A stretch of DNA of 64,000 nt from Waterburya sp. (GTDB lineage Bacteria; Cyanobacteriota; Cyanobacteriia; Cyanobacteriales; Xenococcaceae), in contig CBDCJV010000002.1 in NCBI GenBank assembly GCA_965217895.1, positions 2,784,001-2,848,000 of the forward strand, given 5' to 3'. Of this stretch, positions 41,658 to 53,554 are shown one piece after another. The notes below the pieces were generated by a model. It searched no databases, was not told the DNA's origin, and saw nothing but the letters and a program-made list of their open reading frames with translations. A program made the translations under genes and the position numbers. Numbering within the stretch: position 1 is the first letter of the stretch; every line of letters starts with the position of its first letter.

Positions 41658-41900
41658 TACCAATTTTCAAAAGTGTCTAGATAAATGAGCAAATTATTAA
41701 TTACGCCTGATGTGAATTACTTTGTTTGGGGTAATGAGGTGTTTGTGGTGGTGAGGTGTTTGAGGTAATTACTCCAAAGATCGACCCTACTCCTCTATCT
41801 CCATCACTCCACCACTCCCCTATCTTTTATACTCCTTACTCACTACCCCATGACCCCATGCTGCGTAATATCAGTTCTTGAGTAAAAGTTCGCAGCAGTA

Positions 41901-43517
41901 CTAACTTGTTACTGATAGTTGCTCATTACTAAGCGAAAGTTGTTCAACTTCGGTGGTAATCTTCTGGATTTCTGCTTTGATAGTCTCTGCTTCAGTAGTA
42001 ATTGATTTACTGGTGGCTATTTTTTTAGCAATCTCTTCCTGTTTGGGTCGAATAACATCAGCAAACTGCTGTAAGCACTTATTTAACTCTGCTGCCAAGG
42101 TATCTTTTAAAGTGTTAGTGTAATTTTCTTGGAGATTACGATAGGTCTGCTCTAGTTCCGCTTTGACCTGTTTGCGCTTGCGAGGTAGAGCATTAAAGCT
42201 CATCAAGGCAAATAAACCAGCAATAAAAAATGCCGTCGCATCAGCAGAAGCTGCACTAAATAGAAGCTGCCCGCCAAACCCTGTCGCAGCAGCGGTGATG
42301 CCCAGTCGCCAAAAGCTGTCTAATCCTTCTTCGGCTGCTTCTTTAATTCTAGCTGCAAATTCATTAACCTCTAGGTGATTGGTATTAATGGACGGTAATG
42401 CTAAATCATTCTCAGATACGGTGATAGCGGTGGATAAATCTTCTCTAGCTTCTCTAACAATGCGATCGCGATATTTAAGAAAAGTAGAAGTGGCTTCTTT
42501 AAATATCTCTTGGAGATTTTTATCTAGCTGCACATCTTTGATTATTTTAGCCAGCCTTTCTTCAACAAAATCTTCTTCTTTGGTAATTCTTCTTTTGAGG
42601 ACAGTTAAAAAGCCAGTATTACTATCAATTAATTTATTTGTCTCTTGAATTAAGTTGGTAAATAAATCGTCGATGTTATCGCCAAAGATACCAAATAAAA
42701 GATTATACTCCTCAAGCCGTTCTTCGATGCGTCGAGAAGTGCGATCAAAAATAACTTTTTCCGCCTCTAATTTAGACTGTACAGACTGATTTTGCTTCTC
42801 CAGTTGATTTAAATAAACCAGCAAAGAATTTTGTGGTCCCTGTAGCTTTAATTTAACTTTTTCTCCATCTGCCAAAAATGCTAGTAAAAAGCTTTTTAAC
42901 TCGTCAATTCCTGCCCCTGTTTGCGCCGAAATAGCAAATACGGGGGGCATTTCGGCTAAAATTTTGCCCAAACCTTCGCTGACATATTCACGGATTTGTC
43001 TGGCTTCATCATCATTAACTAGATCTGTTTTGTTCATGGTAACGATAATTTTACGCGCCCAAGTTTGATCGACTAAAGTAAGAAAGTCCTGTTCCGATTT
43101 ACTTAAAGGGCGTTCAACTGAGGTAACAAACAAGATAATATCTGCCTGCTGTAGATAATTTTCGGTTAATTCTTGGTGTTGTTCAATAATAGAGTTGGTA
43201 CCAGGGCTATCAATAAATGCCAAGCCACCAAAGCCTTCGGGGTTGTAAGATTCAATTTCTTGGGTAGTAGGCAGAAAACCAACCCTAGCAATTTCCTGAT
43301 TATTAAGCTGATTGAGCAAGCTAGATTTACCTGCGTTAAACTCACCGCAAATAAAGATAGAGAAGGGATTGACTAGCTGTTTTTTGAGGACTTCGGTGTC
43401 GGGATGAAACTCAGGAAAAAGCACTTTTGCCTCCACAAAAAGACCTTCAACTTTTTGAATGGTTTCTAGGCTGCGATCGAAAAGTTGCTGTTGTTCTCCT
43501 GAAAGAGTTAGAGGCAT
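41901..43517 (-). CDS. Dynamin-like GTPase
   Basis: GEFNAGKSS, DSPG, NKTD, helical stalk with hydrophobic paddle. Confidence 0.85.
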   Translation of the reverse strand: MPLTLSGEQQQLFDRSLETIQKVEGLFVEAKVLFPEFHPDTEVLKKQLVNPFSIFICGEFNAGKSSLLNQLNNQEIARVGFLPTTQEIESYNPEGFGGLAFIDSPGTNSIIEQHQELTENYLQQADIILFVTSVERPLSKSEQDFLTLVDQTWARKIIVTMNKTDLVNDDEARQIREYVSEGLGKILAEMPPVFAISAQTGAGIDELKSFLLAFLADGEKVKLKLQGPQNSLLVYLNQLEKQNQSVQSKLEAEKVIFDRTSRRIEERLEEYNLLFGIFGDNIDDLFTNLIQETNKLIDSNTGFLTVLKRRITKEEDFVEERLAKIIKDVQLDKNLQEIFKEATSTFLKYRDRIVREAREDLSTAITVSENDLALPSINTNHLEVNEFAARIKEAAEEGLDSFWRLGITAAATGFGGQLLFSAASADATAFFIAGLFALMSFNALPRKRKQVKAELEQTYRNLQENYTNTLKDTLAAELNKCLQQFADVIRPKQEEIAKKIATSKSITTEAETIKAEIQKITTEVEQLSLSNEQLSVTS

Positions 43518-43692
43518 TATATTCTCTTCCTTGATCTTAGATTAGGTACATTCTTCATATTAATAGCAGTTTTTGAGCTAATCGACCTCAGACTTTAAGA
43601 TTAACTAAGATTATTTAGATTAAGAAAAAATTAAAATACGTTTTGCACTTTGTCCTGACATCAGCCTAATCTCTTAAAATAAGAAGACAAAT

Positions 43693-43709
43693 ATCAATAA
43701 ATTTTGATG
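43693..43709. promoter_or_regulatory. ArsR operator overlapping the arsR start
   Basis: ATCAA-TAAATT-TTGATG, same pattern as the boxes before acr3. Confidence 0.6.
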
Positions 43710-44027
43710 CAACAAGTTATTAACCAACAATCTAACCAAATCTGGGCTAGTTTTCGCGCACTTTCCGATCCTCTAAGAATCCAAATCATTGAATTACTGC
43801 GTTCTCAAGAACTCTGCGTGTGCGAATTATGCGAAAAACTGGAGGTGAGCCAGTCTAAATTATCTTTTCATCTCAAGAACCTTAAAGAAGCTAACCTCGT
43901 CCATTCTCGTCAACAAGGGCGTTGGATCTACTATCGCCCCAACTTAGCTCAATTTGTGGCTTTAGAACAATACTTAGCTGAATACAGGCGTTTTGGTGAC
44001 ATCTTACCAGCTAGAGGCTGCGAATAG
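43707..44027 (+). CDS. arsR: ArsR family repressor
   Basis: ELCVCEL metal-binding motif, SQSKLSFHL; heads the ars cluster. Confidence 0.92.
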   Translation: MQQVINQQSNQIWASFRALSDPLRIQIIELLRSQELCVCELCEKLEVSQSKLSFHLKNLKEANLVHSRQQGRWIYYRPNLAQFVALEQYLAEYRRFGDILPARGCE

Positions 44028-44065
44028 ACTATCTAATTCTCAAGAATCTTTCTTTAATCTAACAA

Positions 44066-44100
44066 ATCAAGATTATTTGATATATCAAGATTATTTGATG
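44066..44100. promoter_or_regulatory. Tandem ArsR operator
   Basis: Two 17-bp direct repeats ATCAAGATTATTTGAT(A/G), each internally palindromic, resembling the Synechocystis ArsR box. Confidence 0.8.
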
Positions 44101-44142
44101 TAAGATAAAACTACTCCTTCAATTTTTAGTGGAGTAGAAAAG

Positions 44143-45297
<1,155 letters not shown>

Positions 45298-45324
45298 TTT
45301 TGATTTAATACAGATTTCATAATA

Positions 45325-45948
45325 ATGACCAGTTTCAATCATCCACCAAGGATCTTATTTTTATACGGCTCATTAAGAGAGCGTTCCTATAGTCGTCTCG
45401 TAGCAGAAGAAGCAGCCCGAATCATTACTGACATGGGGGCAGAAGTTAAATTCTTTCATCCCCATGAATTACCCCTACGAGGACAGGTAGAAGAAACCCA
45501 TCCCCAAGTGCAGGAATTAAGAGAGTTAAGCCAATGGTCTGAAGGTCAGGTGTGGTCTTCTCCTGAAATGCACGGCAATGTTACGGGTATTCTTAAAAAC
45601 CAAATTGACTGGATACCTCTGAGTATTGGTGCAGTGCGTCCAACTCAAGGTAGAACTTTAGCGGTGATGCAGGTTAGTGGTGGTTCGCAGTCTTTTAATG
45701 CGGTTAATACTATGCGGATTTTGGGGCGGTGGATGAGGATGTTCACTATTCCCAATCAATCCTCAGTAGCCAAAGCCTATCAAGAGTTTCATGAAGACGG
45801 GACAATGAAAGATTCGCCTTATAGAGACAGGGTAGTGGACGTAATGGAGGAACTATATAAATTTACCCTGCTGTTGCGGGAACAGGTCGATTATTTGACC
45901 GACCGTTACAGTGAGAGAAAAGAAAAAGAAACAGCTAACAGTAAGTAG
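45325..45948 (+). CDS. arsH: Arsenical resistance flavoprotein ArsH
   Basis: [25 protein letters not shown]. Confidence 0.95.
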   Translation: MTSFNHPPRILFLYGSLRERSYSRLVAEEAARIITDMGAEVKFFHPHELPLRGQVEETHPQVQELRELSQWSEGQVWSSPEMHGNVTGILKNQIDWIPLSIGAVRPTQGRTLAVMQVSGGSQSFNAVNTMRILGRWMRMFTIPNQSSVAKAYQEFHEDGTMKDSPYRDRVVDVMEELYKFTLLLREQVDYLTDRYSERKEKETANSK

Positions 45949-45962
45949 ACAAATATAAAGGA

Positions 45963-46400
45963 GTGTCGCATTCAAAATCGATGAAAATTTTATTTATGTG
46001 CGTTGCCAATTCTGCCCGTTCTCAGATTGCTGAAGCACTGGCAAAAGATATTTTAGGAGAACAGGTTACGGTGATGAGTGCGGGGATACATCCCGCAGTT
46101 ACCGTTCATCCAGGGGCAGTAGCCGTAATGGAGGAGATTGGTATCGATATCTCTTCTGCTAAACCCAAGCTGCATGGAGATTTACCACCGAGCTTTTTAG
46201 CTAATCTCGATTACGTGATTACCGTCTGCGAACAAGAACTTTGTCCCGAACTGACCACCAGAAAAGAACGTCTGCGCTGGTCTTTCCCTGACCCCGTATT
46301 GCTTCAAGGAGAAAAACAAGCAGAGGCTTTTCGCTCTGTCCGCGATGAACTAAAGCAAAAAATTCTTGCTTTTGGTCGTCAACAGCAACTTTTAGTTTAA
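45963..46400 (+). CDS. arsC: Arsenate reductase, LMW-PTP fold (thioredoxin-type Cys pattern)
   Basis: CVANSARS P-loop, VCEQELCP, W.FPDP. Confidence 0.8.
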   Translation: MSHSKSMKILFMCVANSARSQIAEALAKDILGEQVTVMSAGIHPAVTVHPGAVAVMEEIGIDISSAKPKLHGDLPPSFLANLDYVITVCEQELCPELTTRKERLRWSFPDPVLLQGEKQAEAFRSVRDELKQKILAFGRQQQLLV

Positions 46401-46428
46401 TCACCATATATTATCTGGAGTAAGAACC

Positions 46429-46824
46429 ATGAAAAAAGTTATGTTTGTCTGTCGTCGTAATTCTTGCCGTTCCCAAATGGCGGAAGGTTTTGCCAAAACA
46501 CTAGGGAAAGACAAAATTGAAGTCACATCTTCTGGGCTAGAAGCTAGTCGAGTAAACCCTACAGCCAAAGAGGTCATGTCAGAAATTGGCATTGATATTA
46601 GTAATCAAACCTCAGACCCCTTGAGTAACTTTAAGGCCGAGGACTACGATGCGGTAATTTCTATGTGTGGCTGTGGTGCGGGTCTACCCCCTGAATGGGT
46701 AACTCAAGAAGTGTTTGAAGACTGGGAGTTAAACGATCCTGACGGACAACCAATAGAGACGTTTCACCGCGTTCGAGATGAAATTAAAGAACGAGTAGCT
46801 AAACTAATCGACCAACTTAGTTAG
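46429..46824 (+). CDS. arsC: Arsenate reductase, cyanobacterial glutaredoxin-coupled type
   Basis: CRRNSCRSQMAEG, MCGCG. Confidence 0.9.
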   Translation: MKKVMFVCRRNSCRSQMAEGFAKTLGKDKIEVTSSGLEASRVNPTAKEVMSEIGIDISNQTSDPLSNFKAEDYDAVISMCGCGAGLPPEWVTQEVFEDWELNDPDGQPIETFHRVRDEIKERVAKLIDQLS

Positions 46825-46970
46825 TGTATTGAGATAATATGCGATTCTGAAAGTAGTTTCCAAAAGGAGAATTACCAGAAAAAGCGATCGCTCTTGTTTG
46901 AGAAGCACGACCAACAGCTAAAAACAAATAAACTTAAATGAAATAATATACATCAGACGTAAAATATCAT

Positions 46971-49010
46971 TTGGCTATGAGTTCTCGTTGGCAATTCTGG
47001 ATTGATCGCGGTGGTACATTTACCGATATTGTGGCGCAAACTCCCGCAGGAGAAATTGTAGTTCATAAGTTGTTATCAGAAAATCCCGAACAATATGAGG
47101 ATGCGCCAATTCAGGGAATTAGAGACATAATGGGCATTGCTCACAATCAGCCCATTCCTACAGCCGAGATAGAAGCGATCAAGATGGGAACAACAGTGGC
47201 AACTAATGCCCTGCTAGAAAGAAAAGGCGATCGCACTGTTTTAGCCATCACCAAAGGGTTTAAAGATGCTCTGCGTATTGGCTATCAAAACCGCCCCGAT
47301 ATTTTTGCCTTAGAAATTATTCTGCCTGAAATGCTTTACGAACAGGTAGTAGAAATTAACGAACGTTATGATGCCCAGGGCAATGAATTAATTCGGGTAG
47401 ATACATTTGCAGCAAAACAAGATCTACAGGCTGCTTATAATACTGGAATACGCAGTTGCGCCATTGTTCTGATGCACAGCTATCGCTATCCCCACCATGA
47501 GTTAGAAGTCGCCGATATTGCCCGTGCAATTGGCTTCACCCAGATATCTATTTCCCATCAGGTTAGCCCGTTAATTAAATTCATCTCGCGGGGAGACACT
47601 ACCGTCGTCGATGCCTATCTTTCTCCTATTCTGCGTCGTTATGTCAACGAGTTTACTAAAAACTTAAAACTAACAACTAAAAACTCATGCAAACTTATGT
47701 TTATGCAGTCCAATGGCGGACTAGTCGATGCAGACTTATTTCAAGGCAAAGATAGCATTCTTTCTGGCCCTGCGGGGGGCATTGTGGGGGCAGTTAAAAC
47801 CTGTGCTTTAGCTGGCTACGACAAGATAATTGGCTTTGATATGGGGGGAACGTCTACCGATGTCAGTCACTATGCAGGAGAGTATGAACGCAGCTTAGAA
47901 ACAGAAGTGGCTGGGGTCAGATTGCGATCGCCGATGATGTCCATCCATACTGTAGCAGCGGGAGGCGGTTCAATTCTCTACTTTGATGGTAGTCGCTATC
48001 GGGTAGGCCCTGAATCAGCAGGGGCAAATCCTGGTGCTGCTGCCTATGGCAAAGGTGGCGATTTAACCGTGACTGACTGCAACGTGATGGTAGGAAAACT
48101 CCAGCCAGAGTTTTTCCCTAAAGTATTTGGCATCAATGGTGATGCACCTTTAAATCGAGAAATTGTTAAAGAAAAATTCCAGACTCTAGCTAACCAAATT
48201 CAAGACGGTAAAACACCTGAACAAATTGCCTCTGGCTTCTTGGCGATCGCTGTTGCCAATATGGCAAATGCGATTAAAAAAATATCTTTGCAAAAGGGTT
48301 ACGATGTTTCCACCTACACTCTTTGTTGCTTTGGTGGTGCGGGAGGACAGCACGCCTGTCTAATTGCCGATGTATTGGGCATCAAGCGAATTTTTATTCA
48401 TCCCTATGCGGGAGTCTTATCGGCCTACGGTATTGGGCTAGCAGATATTAGAATTATGAAGGAAAAATCTATTGAAGCAGAATTAAAACCAGAGTTACTA
48501 GCAACTTTAGAACAGGCTTTTCAAACATTAACTACTCAAGCCGAAACCGAATTAGCACAACAGGTTGAAACTCCAGAAACCCAAATTTTATTGAAAGTAC
48601 ATCTTAAATACAGTGGCGTAGACTCTAGCCTAATTGTCGATTTTGCCGATATTCCAGCAATGCGATCGCAGTTTGAACAACAATACACTCAACGCTATGG
48701 CTTTGTAGTTGCTAACAAAGATCTGGTGGTAGAAACCATTTCTATCGAATTAATTTGTCCTACATATAGTCCCAAATCAAATTTAATTCAACGGCAAAAC
48801 AACAATCCACCCCAAGCAGTTACATCTGTCTCTATATACACTGCTGATGTTTGGCATGATGCCCGTATATATCAACGAGAAAGTTTACAGCCAGGAGATA
48901 TAATAGACTCCTCAGCTATTATTATTGAACCTACAGGCACAAATATCATTGAGCCAGGTTGGCACGGAAAAATTAGCGATCGCCTTAATTTAATTCTCGA
49001 AAAAATTTAG
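46971..49010 (+). CDS. 5-oxoprolinase/hydantoinase A subunit
   Basis: IDRGGTFTD, GTTVATNALLE, DMGGTSTD, HTVAAGGGS. Confidence 0.9.
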   Translation: MAMSSRWQFWIDRGGTFTDIVAQTPAGEIVVHKLLSENPEQYEDAPIQGIRDIMGIAHNQPIPTAEIEAIKMGTTVATNALLERKGDRTVLAITKGFKDALRIGYQNRPDIFALEIILPEMLYEQVVEINERYDAQGNELIRVDTFAAKQDLQAAYNTGIRSCAIVLMHSYRYPHHELEVADIARAIGFTQISISHQVSPLIKFISRGDTTVVDAYLSPILRRYVNEFTKNLKLTTKNSCKLMFMQSNGGLVDADLFQGKDSILSGPAGGIVGAVKTCALAGYDKIIGFDMGGTSTDVSHYAGEYERSLETEVAGVRLRSPMMSIHTVAAGGGSILYFDGSRYRVGPESAGANPGAAAYGKGGDLTVTDCNVMVGKLQPEFFPKVFGINGDAPLNREIVKEKFQTLANQIQDGKTPEQIASGFLAIAVANMANAIKKISLQKGYDVSTYTLCCFGGAGGQHACLIADVLGIKRIFIHPYAGVLSAYGIGLADIRIMKEKSIEAELKPELLATLEQAFQTLTTQAETELAQQVETPETQILLKVHLKYSGVDSSLIVDFADIPAMRSQFEQQYTQRYGFVVANKDLVVETISIELICPTYSPKSNLIQRQNNNPPQAVTSVSIYTADVWHDARIYQRESLQPGDIIDSSAIIIEPTGTNIIEPGWHGKISDRLNLILEKI

Positions 49011-49201
49011 CAAAATTCACGCATAATTTTACAATCACATCTTGAGCTTATCTGCCTTAAACTCTGCTAGGGAAAGTAATGAAGCCTATTCTGCTGCAAT
49101 CTAATTAAAACTGTTCAATTAAGAAATTATCGTAACTTCGCGATCGCTTAAATAGCGTATACTCAACAACGCTTACTTAATTATTTTTAATTAATTTAAC
49201 G

Positions 49202-50275
49202 ATGGTTCGCCAAATAACCAGGAAAAAAGGTGGCTTTTTAGCTTTGATTGCAGCTTTACTAATTTTAGGAGCTTGTGCTAATCAAGATATACAAGCAAAT
49301 GCTGCTAACAATAATCTATCTCAAACGAATTCAAATCATCTAGATCTAGTTAAAGAAAGAGGCAAATTAATCTGCGGAGTTAGCGGTGAACTACCAGGAT
49401 TTAGCTTTGTCGATGCCAACGGTAACTATGCAGGCATGGATGTCGATCTCTGTCGGGCGATCGCCGCAGCCATATTTGATGACCCTAAAAAAGTTGTTTT
49501 TCGTGACCTAAGTGCAGCAGAAAGGTTTGATGTGCTTAAGTCTGGAGAGATTGATTTACTCAGTCGCAACACAACTCAAACCCTAAGCCGTGATACCGAG
49601 GCGAACTTTGATTTTACGCCTGTCGTCTTTTATGACAATCAGGGAATATTAGTCAGTCAAGACAGTAAGATTAAGAGCGTTGCTAATTTAAACAATAAAT
49701 CAATCTGCGTTGCCGATCAAACTACTAGCTACGACAATTTGCGAGATTATATGGCTCAGAAAAAGATTAAATATCAGGCTGTAGCATCATCAGATATAGA
49801 TTCTTTATATAACTCTTATGAACACAATCGTTGCCAGGCTATAACAGGAGATATTTCTCAATTGATTGCCCGCAAATCGGTGTTGGCAAACCCCAAAGAA
49901 CACCATATTTTACCGCAAAAAATATCTCAAGAACCTTTAGCACCAGTTTTGTTAAATCAAGATTCCCAATGGTTTGATGTAGTTAAATGGATAACTTTTG
50001 CCTTGGTTGAGGCTGAAGAGTTGGGCATTGATTCAGAAAATCTCAGCACCTATAAAAATAGCAAAGATTCAGAAATTAGGCGTTTTCTAGGTCTAGAAGG
50101 CAATTTGGGGGCAGAGATGAGTTTATCTAATGACTTCACCGCCAAAATTATTAAGCACGTTGGCAACTATGGGGAGATATTTGAACGTAATGTTGGTCAG
50201 CCTTTTGGTCTATCTAGGGGATCAAATGCGCTGTGGAAAGACGGTGGCTTGATGTATTCTCCGCCATTCAACTAA
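49202..50275 (+). CDS. Amino acid ABC substrate-binding protein (AapJ/BztA/NatF-like)
   Basis: RGKLICGV, DLCRAIAAA, VGNYGEIF, YSPPF. Confidence 0.92.
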   Translation: MVRQITRKKGGFLALIAALLILGACANQDIQANAANNNLSQTNSNHLDLVKERGKLICGVSGELPGFSFVDANGNYAGMDVDLCRAIAAAIFDDPKKVVFRDLSAAERFDVLKSGEIDLLSRNTTQTLSRDTEANFDFTPVVFYDNQGILVSQDSKIKSVANLNNKSICVADQTTSYDNLRDYMAQKKIKYQAVASSDIDSLYNSYEHNRCQAITGDISQLIARKSVLANPKEHHILPQKISQEPLAPVLLNQDSQWFDVVKWITFALVEAEELGIDSENLSTYKNSKDSEIRRFLGLEGNLGAEMSLSNDFTAKIIKHVGNYGEIFERNVGQPFGLSRGSNALWKDGGLMYSPPFN

Positions 50276-50336
50276 AAAATCCGCCTCAATTTACAGTCTA
50301 TATTAATACATTTTTTTAACTCAAGAATTGTAGATA

Positions 50337-51416
50337 TTGCAAATGTTCAACTGTTCAATTCAACCTAAAATCTGTTGCCTGCTCTTAATTTTGCTGCTTT
50401 TGACAACTGGTGGATGTAATATTAATCAAACTTTTTCAGAAGATAATAATAATCAAATAAAACAGCAACTAGGCGATCGCCTGAAGATTATCAAACAACG
50501 GGGTAAGCTGATTTGTGGCGTAAGCGATCAAATACCTGGATTTAATTTTAAAGAGAAAAACGGCGAATACACAGGAATTTCTGTAGATTTGTGTCGGGCT
50601 TTGGCGGTAGCTCTATTTGATGAGCCTTCTATAGTAGAATACCGTAATCTCAATGCCGAAGAACGCTTTACAGCAGTAGCGTCAGGACAGGTAGATTTGC
50701 TCAGTAGTAATACAACGTGGACTCTAAACCGCGATACCACTGATGGTTTAGAGTTTGCGCCGACAACTTTTTACGATGGACAGGGATTATTAGTTGGCAA
50801 GAATAGTAACATTGAAAAATTAGCAGACATCAATGGAAAATCAGTCTGTGTAGCTTCAGGAACTACATCTGAGCAAAATTTAGCCGAACAAATGCGTAAA
50901 CTTGGTTTAAATTACTCTCCCATCCTTTTTGAAGATACCGATAAATTATATAATGCCTACGAATCTAACCGTTGCGATGCGGCTACTAGCGATCGCTCTG
51001 AATTAGTTGCTCGTCGTGTTGGTTTTACCAACCCTAATGCCCACGAAGTTTTAGACTTGGTTCTATCAAAAGAACCATTAGGAGCGGCAATTGCTGATGG
51101 AGAACCTAAATGGTTTGATGTGGTTAAATGGACAACTTACGCGACGATAAAAGCCGAAGAGTTGGGCATAAATTCGCAAAATATTGACAGCTATGCCCAA
51201 ACTAATAATCCTGAGATTAGACGCTTTTTGGGAATAGAAGGAGGTTTGGGCGCAGATCTAGGACTAGCCAATGATTTTGCTAAAGAAATAATTCAGCAGG
51301 TAGGTAACTATGGAGAAATATACGATCGCAACATTGGCAAACCCTTTAGTTTAAAACGAGGAAAAAATGCGCTGTGGAAAAACGGTGGTTTGATCTATTC
51401 TCCTCCCTTTAGATAG
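50337..51416 (+). CDS. Amino acid ABC substrate-binding protein (AapJ/BztA/NatF-like), paralog
   Basis: Same motifs as the preceding gene. Confidence 0.92.
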   Translation: MQMFNCSIQPKICCLLLILLLLTTGGCNINQTFSEDNNNQIKQQLGDRLKIIKQRGKLICGVSDQIPGFNFKEKNGEYTGISVDLCRALAVALFDEPSIVEYRNLNAEERFTAVASGQVDLLSSNTTWTLNRDTTDGLEFAPTTFYDGQGLLVGKNSNIEKLADINGKSVCVASGTTSEQNLAEQMRKLGLNYSPILFEDTDKLYNAYESNRCDAATSDRSELVARRVGFTNPNAHEVLDLVLSKEPLGAAIADGEPKWFDVVKWTTYATIKAEELGINSQNIDSYAQTNNPEIRRFLGIEGGLGADLGLANDFAKEIIQQVGNYGEIYDRNIGKPFSLKRGKNALWKNGGLIYSPPFR

Positions 51417-51590
51417 AAGACGTTTTTGAATTTTTCCTCATCTCGTGCCTTTTATCCCTTACCTTTCATCTCTTAAAAAATGGTATTCTGGAATTTATAG
51501 TAAAAATACTTAACGCTTAATATCATTAGGATTAAAGCAGATTTTAAAATTATTTTAGTTTGGTTAAAAAGTTTTTTAGGCTGAAAAATT

Positions 51591-52145
51591 ATGTCACCAT
51601 CTCAGTTTAATCGGGACGAGGGATACGAAGAGGAAACTCTAATTATTGTGGATGAAGTTGGGCGATCGCTGCCATGCTACATTGAACAGTCTTTAGAAAT
51701 CGACGATATGACTTACCTGCTGTTGTTTCCCGTTGATATCCCTGTGGTGATTATGAGCATCAGCAGCGACAGCGATGAAGAATTAGAAGCAGCATTGCTG
51801 GATGATGATGAAGCGATCGCCGAAATTTTTGATAATGCTAAAGCCGTATTAGCAGAACAAAACCTGGCACTACATCATACCGCTTATACTCTAACGGCAA
51901 TAGGAGAACTTCCGCCCATCGAAGAAGAGCAGATTTTAACCCTCGAAGATGATGGTGACATGGAAGAAGAAGAATTACAGTCTTTGGCGTATTTCTATCA
52001 CGACGAACAAAAATACGGGATCTATACACCCTTAACTCCCCTCTTGTTTTTTGCTAGATACGACTTTGAAAACCATCTAGAATTAGTTTCTCCCGATCAG
52101 GAAAATTTAATGCCCATTCTCGAAGAATTGTTGTCAGAAGATTAA
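51591..52145 (+). CDS. DUF3727 domain protein
   Basis: Acidic protein; GRSLPCYIE, AYTLTAIGELP. Confidence 0.8.
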   Translation: MSPSQFNRDEGYEEETLIIVDEVGRSLPCYIEQSLEIDDMTYLLLFPVDIPVVIMSISSDSDEELEAALLDDDEAIAEIFDNAKAVLAEQNLALHHTAYTLTAIGELPPIEEEQILTLEDDGDMEEEELQSLAYFYHDEQKYGIYTPLTPLLFFARYDFENHLELVSPDQENLMPILEELLSED

Positions 52146-52314
52146 ATAACGAAAGTCCAGTATAGATTTTTGGTATAGATATGACAAAGATTGGGCAATT
52201 CTCAAAAAAGCAAGGTAAGATGAAGCGCGATTAGCTACGCTACCCTTGCGATCGCACTCCTTGCTCACGGATTATTAATAACTTTACCGAACTATTTCAA
52301 TATATCTATCCAAA

Positions 52315-53409
52315 ATGATGACTCGTAATAGATCGAACAATAAAAAAGCTGTTAGAAAAAAGATAAGAGGTAATTTAGCTGCTAAACTAATCCCTGCAAG
52401 TGTTGGGGTTTTGTTACTCGTGGGCTGGGCTGGTTGGCATAGTTTAACCGCACCAGTAGAAACCCAAGGTGAACAACTCAACCAAGAAAAACAGGTTAAG
52501 TTTACAGTTAAGCCTGGCTCTTCTGGCAATCAAATTGGTGGTGAATTGGCACGCTCTGGTTTGATTAAATCTAATAATGGCTGGAAGCTTTGGACAAAGC
52601 TAAAGCAGCTCACAGATTCATCTGGTGATTTTAAAGCGGGTACATATTTAGTATCCCCTGAAGAATCTTTACCAGATATCGCCAGCAAAATTTGGAATGG
52701 AGACATTATGCAGACTACCTTTACTATTCCTGAAGGTTGGTCTACAAAGCAAATGGCGAAATATTTTGAGTCTTTGGGCTACTTTTCTGCCGAGGAATTT
52801 GCTAGCGCAGTTAAGAAAATTCCCTATGATAAATATCCCTGGCTGCCACCAAACTTGCCTATCTTAGAAGGATTTTTATATCCTGATACCTATAAAATTT
52901 CTAGCGATCGCCTTAACAATCCCCAAGCAATAATTAACACAATGCTAGACCGCTTTGAGAAATATGCCCTGCCCGTTTACGAGGCTGCCAAACCCAAAAT
53001 GAGCCTTTTAGACTGGGTAACTCTAGCTAGTATCGTCGAAAAAGAAGCAGTAATTGGTAAAGAGCGTCCTGTAATTGCAGGCGTATTTACCGCCAGACTT
53101 AAACAAGGAATGAAGTTAGAGTCCGATCCCACCGTAGAATATGGTTTAAATATTAGACAAACAGCAGATCGACCTTTGACCTATTCTCAAGTAGGAACAC
53201 CATCTCCCTACAATACCTACATGAACACTGGCTTAACCCCTACTCCTATTGCCTCCCCTGGCATAGCCAGCCTAAAAGCGACCTTGAACCCTGAAAAAAG
53301 CGATTATTTGTATTTCGTGGCTCGTTATGATGGTACTCATGTCTTTAGTAAAACTTTGAGTGAACATGAAGCAGCTACCCAAGAAATTCGTCGCCAAAGA
53401 AACGAGTAG
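52315..53409 (+). CDS. mltG: Endolytic transglycosylase MltG
   Basis: TIPEG, LEGFLYPDTY, ASIVEKE, SPYNTY, YLYFV. Confidence 0.95.
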   Translation: MMTRNRSNNKKAVRKKIRGNLAAKLIPASVGVLLLVGWAGWHSLTAPVETQGEQLNQEKQVKFTVKPGSSGNQIGGELARSGLIKSNNGWKLWTKLKQLTDSSGDFKAGTYLVSPEESLPDIASKIWNGDIMQTTFTIPEGWSTKQMAKYFESLGYFSAEEFASAVKKIPYDKYPWLPPNLPILEGFLYPDTYKISSDRLNNPQAIINTMLDRFEKYALPVYEAAKPKMSLLDWVTLASIVEKEAVIGKERPVIAGVFTARLKQGMKLESDPTVEYGLNIRQTADRPLTYSQVGTPSPYNTYMNTGLTPTPIASPGIASLKATLNPEKSDYLYFVARYDGTHVFSKTLSEHEAATQEIRRQRNE

Positions 53410-53554
53410 GCAATAAGCAATTATTACAGTCCTGTGAAAAATTCAGAAAAGATCTATATTTGTATGGGTATAACCAATTAAACCTATTTGTTACTCTTAA
53501 AAGGATAAATGCGTATTTCCTCATCTCTTATCCCTCATCATTTATCCTTTTAAA

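Noticed and set aside
41720..41865. G-rich/C-rich low-complexity tracts
   Set aside because: Degenerate short repeats between convergent genes, typical of cyanobacteria; no clear TIR pair or unit
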